From: a virus
Lineage: Duplodnaviria; Caudoviricetes
IMG/VR virus record: IMGVR_UViG_3300022602_000128
Span: 1-54,541 of that record
Length of the DNA: 54,541 bases
Reading direction: 5' to 3' (one strand)
The notes beneath the pieces were generated by a model. The model made no database searches, was not told the origin of the DNA, and saw nothing but the letters and a program-made list of their open reading frames with translations. This document shows positions 26,653-38,600 of the stretch, one piece after another (the stretch's first letter is position 1; each line of letters begins with the position of its first letter). A program made the translations under genes and the position numbers.

Positions 26653-29600
26653 ATGGCACAAATACAAACAGTTAACTTCTTACCCGAAGCATTCAGAACC
26701 CCCACAAACCAAAAGTTCTTAAATGCAACGCTGGACCAACTAGTGACTCAACCCGACTTACGCAACATCAATGCATACGTGGGTCGTAAATTTGCGCCAA
26801 CATTTAAAAGTACTGATAATTATCAACCAGAACCAACTACACTACGTCAAAATTATCAATTAGAACCCAGTGTGGTTGTTAAAAACCCAACTACAAGTAA
26901 CATTGATTTCTTTAGCAGTTACATTGATATCATTAATCAAATTGAGTATGATGGTGGTTTGGTCAACAACCAAAGCAGATTATTCAGTAGTGAAAACTAC
27001 AGTTACGATGGCTTGTTTGATTTTGATAAATTTGTTAACTTCACACAATATTATTGGTTAGAAGACGGTCCGGACACAGTAAACGTATTTGGAGCACAAA
27101 TTCCAACCCAACAAACATTTGTTGTGACCCGTGACCCATCTACTGGCAGTTACTTGTTCTCTACAAACGGTTCTGTAGAAAATCCTATATTGCGTCTAGC
27201 CTATGGTGGTACTTACACTTTTGTTGTAAACCAACCTGGATATCCTTTTTGGATCCAAGTTGATCCGGGCACAAGCGGTTTAAAAACAAACCAGTCTAAC
27301 CTAACTGGTCGTGACGTACTTGGGGTAACCAACAACGGTACAGATGTTGGTACCATTACATTCTCAGTACCACAACCCAACGCACAGGACTATTATGTTC
27401 GTATGACTTTGGCTGGTACTGTAAATTTAAGCACGACTTTGCACTATAACCAAATTCAAGGGCAGTTGTTGAGTTCTGTGATTGCGTCAAGCGAGCACGG
27501 TATTGACGGTGTAACTTCCTACAACCAATTAAATCTTCAATCGTTGATCTTTGTTAATAACGATGTTGATGATGTTTATTGGACAGTTGATGGAGTCACA
27601 GTTCCGGTGGCCAATCGCCGAAATGCATGGAAAATGATTCTAACACCGGTGATTGTTAACAACGTTACTGTTGATTATACAATTAATATGAGTATAACTG
27701 CCCAGGCATTTAATGTCGCGGCACTAGAACGTGTGTTTGTGTTGTCCGGAACAACTAGATCAGAATACACCTACTACTTGAATAATGATTACTTAACATA
27801 TAACATTTATAATTTGATGCCTGATATTACGGCACCATTGACAAGTTTATATTACCAAGACGGTGTTGATTCTGGATATGCAGGTCAAATTGATTTATTG
27901 GTTGTTACTGACAATACATTAAATGTTGATATTGACATCGTTGGGCAAAAGAACTACATAAGCCCCAATGGAGTTACCTTTACCAACGGACTACTAGTAA
28001 CATTTGACAATAGTGCTAATCCCAGCACCTATGCGGGAAATAGTTATTATGTAGAAGGCGTTGGTACTGCTATTCAGTTACTGAATGTAGACACTTTCCA
28101 AACGCCCGAAGCGTATGCAGTGAATGGAATATCTACTCCAGATTATTTCACAATCAATCGTGCAAGTATGGATCTGAATCCGTGGACACGTAGCAATCGT
28201 TGGTTCCATATAGATATCATTAATGCCACAGCCAAATACAATAATACAGTTCCGTTGCTGGATCAAAATTTACGTGCAAAGCGCCCTATAATTGAATTTG
28301 AGGCAAATTTACAATTATACAACTTTGGACGTGTTGCCAAAGCGCCAGTGGACTTATTGGACTTTACCATTACCGATGCTCGAAATTCTGTTGAACTGCA
28401 ACCTGCGGGATATGCAATCAGCGGAACTACTTTGACACAGGGCATGAGAGTAATATTTGCCAACGACTTTGATCCCACAGTTCGAAATCAGATCTTTGTT
28501 GTAAACATTGTTTATATACAATCACAGGGTGGTAACCTTGTTAATTTGGTGCCTGCTGAAGATTATCAGGTATTCGCTAATAACAATTTAATTGTATTAC
28601 AGGGCATTAACAAGGGTATAGAATATTGGTTTGATGGTGCCAATTGGAATCAAGGGCAACAAAAGACAGCGGTAAATCAAACTCCCATGTTTGATATAAT
28701 AGACATTGTCAATGATGGTGATTATAGTATCGGAGATACTTCTTTATACCCATCATCATCATTTACAACTACGAAAAATAACTTGGGAACAGTGGTTGGC
28801 GGAAGTCCAATCTTCACTTACAGCGTTGGTACTGGCGTTGCAGATCCGGTGCTGGGATTCCCTCTAAGTTACAGAACTTTTAATCAGATTGGTGATATTC
28901 AATTCACCAACAACTACGACAGTGACACATTTACCTATGTGTCTAACGAAATCACACAAGCCACAACCACCCAGCATATTAACTCATCGGGTGCACTACA
29001 ACAAAATACCAGCCTAACAACCTATAATGTTAGAAATGCATGGACTACGAATGTTGAAGCATCAAAGCAGTTCCAAATTATCAATGGAATATATGACGGA
29101 AACACCCCATATTTTCAAATTGATATCACTGCAAATGCGTCAGTTAGTGTGCCTTATTTTAAAGTCTACATCAACAGTATACAAACTACTGCATATGAAG
29201 TAATCTCCAATGGAACATTGACCTATGTTAACGTAACTGCTTCTACCCTTGCCGCAGGTGATCAAGTTGATATTTTGATATACAGTGATCAAGTCAGTGC
29301 ATTGGGATATTATGAAGTTCCGGAGAATTTAGATTATAATAGTGCAAATGCAAATTTCTCAGTGATGACACTGGGGCAATTGCGTAACCATTTAACCACA
29401 ATGGTTGGTAATAGCAATCAAGTCGTTGGTCAAGTACCTGGCGATAGCAATCTAAGAGATATTCCAATCAAAGCACAGGGCGGTAGTATTCTGCAACATG
29501 CAAGCCCTGTTATGTATAGCGAGTTATTCCTAGTAGATCCTGACACCAACTTCTTAAAGGGACTTAACTTAGCACGATATGAATATTCTAAATTTAAAAA

Positions 29601-32600
29601 TAAGATTATTGAATTAAGTACCAAGACTCCAAATCTTGACTTAACTAATATACCCGCATTACTGGATACACTGCTAACACAAATCAATGCGGTTAAGAAT
29701 ACTTCCTTTGCTTGGTATTATAGCGATATGGTACCATACGGCAGTAATTATCTAAACACCATAACATATACTGTATTGAATCCTGCGCTGAATGATTTTG
29801 AAATTACAAACATTTTCAGCGATACTACCCTAAGCAATCTTGCTGTACTAGTATATAAAAATAATGTACAATTAGTCAAAGACCAAGACTATACATTTGA
29901 CACAACTCGATCGGGTGTTACTATAACCGCGCCCCTGTCGATTGGTGATATTATTACAATCAATGAATACAGTTCCACTGACGGAAACTATATTCCAGAA
30001 ACTCCCACCAAACTTGGTTTATATCCCAAGTTTACCCCAGGTATATATTTGGATACTACTTACGAAACCCCGATCAATGTGATACAGGGCCATGATGGTA
30101 GCATTACTCCTGCTTGGGGAGATTACCGTGATCAATTATTATTAGAATTTGAAAAGCGCATCTATAACAACATCAAAGTAAGTTATGAATCCAGCGTATT
30201 TGATATCTATGAATATGTTCCTGGTAGATTTAGAACTACAGATTATACCATAACAGAATTTACACAATTGTTAACAACTTCATTCTTGCAGTGGGTTGGT
30301 AATAACAAAGTAGATTATATAACCAATAGTTATTTTGATGTAAGCAATCCGTTTACATGGAACTACAACAACTTTAAAGATTCAATCGATGGCTCTCCAA
30401 TACCTGGTTATTGGCGTGCTATTTACAAATACTTCTACGATACTGATCGTCCTCATACAAATCCTTGGGAGATGCTGGGCTTTAGTCAAGCACCAAGTTG
30501 GTGGAATGAGCGATATGGTGCCGCACCCTATACGGGCGGTAACTTGGTATTGTGGGGCGATTTAGCCAAGGGCTATATTTGGAACGGCAGTGATGAAGCA
30601 GCCTACTACGATACTAGATTTGCTCGACCTGATCTACTGTCAATTATACCGGTAGACAACACTGGCGCACTTTTACCACCAAGTAGTTTTGCAGTAAAGA
30701 GTTATAATTCCACTCAAGCAAGTGCTCCATTTAGGGTTGGTGATCAAGGACCAGTAGAAACTGCATGGAGAAGAAGCAGTGATTATCCTTTTGCACTACA
30801 ACAAACACTGGCATTGAGCGCACCCGGTTTTTACTTTGGTTCTCTAGTGGATGTAAGCAACTACTTTAAGAATACTAGATTAAATCAATATGTCTTTGCA
30901 GACACCCTACAAAGACTTACTCCTTCCGCTATCAATATAAATGGAACACAGGTAAACGGCGAAATAGTTCGAGCATCAGGATACCCGAATTGGATAGCAG
31001 AATATTTGCGTAACCAGGGAATTGATCCCGGCACAAAATTATATGGATACTTGGACAACGTATCAATTCAACTTGCATACAAGATGGCTGGATTTACTGA
31101 TCAATCTTTTGTAGAAGTAATTGCCGAACAAACAAGTCCCACAAGTACAAATAATGGTGTTGTAATTCCAAATGAAAGTTACAATATTCAATTGTATAAA
31201 TCTACACCAACTAATACTATTGTGTATAGTGCAGTTAGTATAGAACGAACCAGTACTGGATATGCAGTTAGTGGATTTGACATAGATCAGCCATATTTTA
31301 CAATTATCCCCAGCATTGCAAATAATAACTCTTATCCAGTTACTGTGCTAAAAGCCACCGGGATAGTATATAACGACTATCAAAATTACAAAGTTACAGT
31401 TCCTTACGGATTTGAATTTTCTAATTTACAACAAGTAGTTGATTTCTTAGTAAGTTATCAACGTTACTTATTGGGATCAGGAGTACAATTCCTTGACATG
31501 GATACTGACTTGGGCGTGCAACGTGACTTTAATCTAAGCATACAAGAATTCTTAACTTGGGCACAGCAGGGTTGGAAGGCAAATAGTGTATTAGTAGTAA
31601 GTCCGATTCTAAACAAACTTACATTAGTTACTGCCAGTGGTGTTACAGACACGATTCTAAACCAACCAAATCAAAGTCGTATACTTGATATTAATATGAA
31701 TTTTATCAAGTACAATCAGTTATCGATCACAAGAACAAACACAGTTAATGGCAACACGTTCACTGTGACTGCCAATAACGGACAAACATTGGGCCTAGTC
31801 AAACTAGACTTAGTTGAGTATGAACATGTGATGATTTTTGACAATGTTGATATTTTCAATGACATTATATATGTACCAGAACTGGGTAACAGACAATATA
31901 GACTCAAGATAGTTGGAAAGAAAACTGGTTCTTGGACCGGGGCATTGAATCCTCCGGGCTTTGTATACAATAGCCCCAGCGTTGACTCATGGCAACCTGG
32001 CACTGATTATGCTATGGGCAGTCTTGTAAAATTTAAGAATGTAAATTATACAGCGTTATCTGATCTAGTAGCATCATCCACTTTCCAAGCCAACAGTTGG
32101 GCACAACTAACAAGTTCCGAGATTAAAACAGGTCTACTGCCCAACTTTAGTTACAACGCAGAAAAATTCAATAGATTTAATGATATTGATGATCCTGAAA
32201 CATTGGGAGACTTTAACTTATACAGCGACAGCACGATCGGATTCCATCCTCGTGACTACATGACTAACTTTGGTATTGACGAAGTTACTCAAGCCAAATT
32301 CTATCAAGGATTTATTCGTCAAAAGGGATCATTAAATGCGATCACTGCATTTACTGCTGCTGGTTTCAACGACATCACCAGTAATATCAGTCTTTACGAA
32401 GAATGGGGTATGCGTGTGGGCGAATACGGCGCATTGTCCAATAATCAATTCGTTGAATTAATTTTAACTGAGGGAACCTTTAACGGAGATCCAGTAACAT
32501 TTACGTTATTGCCCAACAATGGTTCAAGTATTAGTGGCATAATTGGAGTGCAACCAAGTCAATTATATTTGACAACCCCAGCATACCAACCCTCTATATA

Positions 32601-35600
32601 CCTCAACCGAGATGCAAGTAGCAACTATGAGAACGACATTCAGACTGCTGGGTATGTGAATATCAATGATGTCGATACTACTATATTTGATATTGGCAAC
32701 TATGCCCAATTATCGGCAAACTTATCCAGTGCTACAAGTAATTTTGGAATTGGTCAAACCATATGGTGCGCCAAGGACACTAACAGCAACTGGAATGTAT
32801 TCCGCGTAACTGAAACAAATTTATCAGTCACAACAGTAACATACAATATTGATAATATTGGTACAGTGACATTAAATGGTCAACATAAATTTGCCTACGG
32901 TGATATAATTATAATTGATGGTTTTGACGTAAGAGTCAATGGGTTCTACCAAGTCTACTCTATAGTAGATGCGTACAATATCAACATTGTATTCTATGGT
33001 CAAAACTTAGATCAAATTAAGTCGGCAAATAAAATCACAGGACTCGGACCGATTTATCGTTTACAAAGTTCTAGAATTCAACAAAGTACAGATTTAAATA
33101 GCATTACCCCGCCACAGGGGTGGTTGGATAATGATAAATTGTGGATCGACACAGATTACGTGTCCGGTGGTTGGGCAGTATATAACAAATCAACACCTTG
33201 GAGCGGCAATGTAAGTTTCTTCAATCCTAGTATGAAGTTGTCCACTAATAACTATGTGACCAGTGGTGGATTTGGAACTGTTACTGCAATTAATTCCACA
33301 GGAACGTTTGCGGCAGCCGGTATGCCTCTATACAATAACGGACAAGTGGCAGTGTTTGTATCCAACATCGCCAACGGAAATGTTTTGACCCAAGTTAGCA
33401 ATATCACAGCATTATCAAATGGTGTAAGCAAATTTGGTTCTAGTCTAGACACCGCGGGCAATTTATTATACGTGGGCGATCCTGGTAACGGAAGCAGTGA
33501 ATCAGGTCGAGTATTTGTGTACACGTTTGATGGTAATACGTCATTCGCCCAAACCCAAGTACTAATGAGCCCCAGCACCAGCAATGTTGGTGATACTTTT
33601 GGATCTGCAATAAGTGTAAGTTCTGATAAAGTTTGGTTATATGTGGGCGCACCCAATGCGGGCAATGTCTATGTTTATCATGCAAACTCAACAAGTTACT
33701 ATACTTACGCCAATACTATTAGCGTGGGCAGTAGCGCATACGCACAATTTGGTCATTCAATTAAGACTTCAACATACGGCCACCAAACAGTGGTCAGCGC
33801 ACCCTACCAAAGTGTTAATGGTGTAACAGCCGCAGGATCTGTTTATGTATTTGATCGCAGTATTGAATCCTTTGTTGCCACAGGCAATGTTGCGTTCTTT
33901 ACAGAGTATCCAATTAATTCTAACACACTACGAGTATCAGTCAACGGAAATGTAGTGACCACTGGATTTACATCAAATACCAGCGCAATCACTTTTACCA
34001 ATGCACCAGTTGTTGGCACCGTTGTTACCATTGATACAAACAAAATTCAATTGACCGAACAGTTAACAGCGCCTACACCATCAAGTGGAGCCGCATTTGG
34101 TACTACCACATGGCTTGCTGGTAATGATGCCGATGTATATGTAGCAAGCCCTGGATACAGTATTCCTGGATATCACAGTGGTATTGTTTATAGATTTGTA
34201 AATCAAGGCGCAAGTTATGGAACCATTACTGGAACTAATTTTGCACCAAACATCTCTGTGGGAGACAGTATCCGAATTAACGGGTTTAATGTTACCTTTA
34301 CGGGAAATACAGTTGCCAATGTAGCAACCAACATTAATCAAGCAAATATTGCCGGAGTCACTGCAATAGCCCAACCTTATGGAGCACTGACAATCGTCAG
34401 CAACGTTGCAACCCCCTATCAGAAATTGGTATTGGGTCCTGGTCCTGGAACTGCCCTAGCAAATCTTGGATTGAATGTTTATGCAAATGTACAGTCATTT
34501 ATTCATCCCGCAACGGATGATGTAAACCAATTTGGTTCACAAGTTATTTCTAGCCCTGACAGTACCAGTTTGGTTATTAGTGCAAGTGGCGGAAGTACAC
34601 AAAACATCACAACATTTGACAATGCAACAACGATGTTTGATTACGGATCAACCTCGTTTGTTGATAGTATCGAGGGATCTGGTATGGTTTATATATACGG
34701 ACTTGTTAATGGTTCGTTTACAGCCAATACACCTGACCAATACGTACTTGTACAAAGATTGCAAAACAACAGCCTAAGTCCAAACGATCAATTTGGATAC
34801 AGTGTTGCTATGAATAGTAATACAATGCTCGTTGGAGCCCCTGGTGACAGCAATAATCTAACAATAAGCACATTGAGTGGTGCGTATGTTAACTTGCCCA
34901 ATGCAGGAACTTATTACACCTATAATAACTTTAGCGGAAATGTTGGATGGGATATTATATCTCAACAACAACCACAAGTTGATATCAATAGCATCAGTAG
35001 ATTCTATTTGTACGATACAACTACATCAACAATCTTAACTAACTTGGATTATATTGATCCAGCCAAGGGCAAGATTTTAGGTGCTGCCGCAGAAGACTTG
35101 GACTTTATTACGGCTTACGATCCAGCAGTATATAATGCAGTTGGCGGAGTCGATTCAACACCCAACCTAGCAAACAGTTTGGATTTCCACTGGGGTGCAG
35201 ATCAAGTTACAAAAACTTGGTGGAATATTGATGCTGTGCGTTACATAGATTATGAACAAGGTAACTTAACTTATCGCGCCAATAATTGGGGTAGTTTCTT
35301 CCCAGGAAGCCAAGTGCAGGTATGTGAATGGGTAGCAAGCAGTATGCCGCCCAGCGCATACGATGGTCTTGGAACACCGTTGTATCCAAATAATACGGCT
35401 TATGTGGTTGAGAGTAAAATAAATCCAGTAACCAACCTAGTAACCAGTACCTACTACTATTGGGTTTATGGCAAGACCAGTTTGGAAGTTGGATCCACAC
35501 ACCAAAACACAGTAAGTACAATTCAATCAATTATTGAAAATCCCCAAGCACAGGGTATTCCCTATGCCGCAGTATTGCGTGATGATACAATAAGTTTGTA

Positions 35601-38600
35601 CGGGGTGAATAATTTACTATCAGGTAATACCACAGTACTTCACGCTGACTTTGATACTCTAAAGAATACAAATATTATTCACAGCGAATATCAATTGGTA
35701 CAAGAGGGCAACAGTAGCAGTCAAATACCCACACGCATCGTCAACAAGATGATTGATAGTTTAAGTGGTATTGATTCTGTTGGAAACCCTGTACCAGCAA
35801 CAGGCCTTACACCGCAGTCAATGATTGGCTTGGGCGTAAACCCCAACCAAACTCTGTTTGTCAATAGATTAACAGCACTGGAAAACTTTGTGCAGTATGT
35901 AAACGGGGTATTGATTCAATATCCTATTATTGAAGAATTCAATATTACTCCTCTGTATGAATCTGAACCCTTGCCCTTGCCAACAACATATGATTTAGAA
36001 GTTGCCAGTTATGCTGATTTGACTTATGTAAACACATCCGGACTACAAGTGGGATATACTATCCTTGTATTGGCAGACGAGACTGAAAACGGCTTGTGGT
36101 CTACTTATGTATGGAATGGTAGTATTTGGCACGCATCGATCATCCAAAGTTACAATACGCAAATGTATTGGGATAAGGTTGATTGGTACGACTCAACTTA
36201 TGATCCCACAGTGTTGCCCACTTATGTAGTGGCAACAACTACTGCTATAGCCGGACTATCTTTGAATTCCGGAGACACTGTAAAGGTATTGAATAACGGT
36301 AATAACCAATTTGCCATTTATCGATACAATAGTGATGGTACTACTGATCTAGTTGGTATTCAAAACGGAACTCTACAATTCAGTAGTGAATTATACTCGG
36401 GTAATGTTGCGGCAAATGAAATAAGAATCATATTTAAAGCAATACAAAACAATATCTTTGTAGATACTTTATTGGGTAATTTCAATAGTTTATTCTTCTC
36501 ATTGATTAACTATATTTTAACAGAACAACCCGCAGTTGATTGGGTATTCAAAACAAGTTTCATTAGCATATTGCACCAATTGCGTAAATTGGCTCAATAC
36601 CCAAGTTATATTCCGGATAATCAAACATATTATGAAGAATATATCAACGAAGTTAAACCTTATAGAACAAGTATTCGAGAATACAAGATTGACTATACTG
36701 GTACCGATGAGTACTACGGTGATACAACTGACTTTGATATACCAGCCACTTACCTAGCCAATATCAAAGCATACCGTAGTCCAAACGGAACTGGGGTATA
36801 CGATCAATATGCACTAAGCAGTTTACCACAGTACAATCAATGGTACAACAATCATACCTATGGTATCAGTGATGTAGTTGTCACCAATGCGGGTGTTGGT
36901 ACAGTTACTACCCTAACAGTAAGCGGTCCAGTGGTTGTTAACACCGGTGACATTATAACACAATTGTCAACCGGCGCAACTGGCGTTGTCCAAGCATCGG
37001 TGTCAGAAACCAGTATTATTAACTTGGTAGATGTTATAGGGACATTCCAAACTAACGTAAATGCAAATTGCTACATTTATGATGGAGTATCAAATCTACA
37101 AGTCAATGCTGTTAGTGTATCTACATTAACCGAAGCGGGCGGATACTATTTAACACCCACTGTGTCAGTAATTGGTGGTGGCGGAACTGGTGCAAATATT
37201 CAAGCCGTAGTAGATTTTACCACAGGCAAGATAGAATCGTTCCAAGTAATTGAGCCCGGATACGGATACACTAGCACTCCAACTATACAAATTAATGGTA
37301 CCGGTATTGGTGCGGCAGGATATCCAAAATTAAGCAATTATTACTTTGTTGATAGTCTGCCCACTGTTACTATAAATGCCAACGCAAACGTTACAGTATA
37401 TGCTGGTAATATTATTACTCAAGCAAATACCGGAGCCGCTGGTACAGTATATACGTCTAGTACAGGTAATGTAATCACATTAATAGATGTGAGTGGTACA
37501 TTTGCAAGCAATCAATATATCTTTAATGATTACGCAAATTTAAATACCACAGTTACTTCAACTTCATCATACACCCAATTTATCAATCAGAGTTACAATA
37601 CTGTAAGAACCTTTGATACTACATTAAAATTTGATCGTATAACATACTCAAGCAATGTTGTTGCATGGACTCCATCTACTACTATTCTTGCGAACACCAT
37701 CGTAAGTTATAACGGTCAGGCATACGAGGCAAAATCAAATGTTTACAGTAGTGCTATTATTACTTTAAATGGTAACGTAAGTGCGAACATTGGCAATTAC
37801 ATTACTCAAAGTAATTCGACTGCTAATTCCCAGATTATTTCTATTACAAACAACAACGTAATAACAGTATCTAATATTACGGGAACTTACACAAATCGCT
37901 GGGGCAACATTTATGTTAACGGAGTCAACTCCAATACTCAACCGATTATAATTAACAATCTATTTGATTATACAAAATACAATCAATTGAATGCCAATTC
38001 GTTTACGACTGCGGCAGATCGTATCTTTGCATACTATCAGCCCACTGCATCAATGCCCGGAAAAGATTTATCTCAGTTAATGACTGGTATTACCTATCCT
38101 GGTGTAAAAGTAACTGGTGTTGGATTCAATGACAGCACATCTGTTATTACTTCAAACGTAATTTATGCTTGGGCGAATTCAAATTCATTGTTTAGTTCAA
38201 ACGTAAGTCAACTTGATTTTACTACTTTGGGGTACACTATTGGTGAGCCGTTGGTATTAATCGATAGTAACACCAGTTCACAATATAATTTAACAATAGC
38301 AAGTATCACACAATCGCAGATTATTGCTTCGGGAATTACTCAAACAATTCCGTTAGGCGCAAATGTGTCGTTGCAATACTACAATTTTAACGATCCCACA
38401 TATTTGGATACTGCTATTCAAAATACCTACAAAAATACAACTTTTGGATCAAACGTTGGTGATGTGATAATAGACGGTGGTCAGTATTATGACACATATA
38501 GCAGTCATGCTCCGGAAGAATTAGTTCCTGGTGTTACATTTGACAACTTGAATATGTGCGTATACACCAATATGACAATCAATGGGGCGTCTGCTAATAT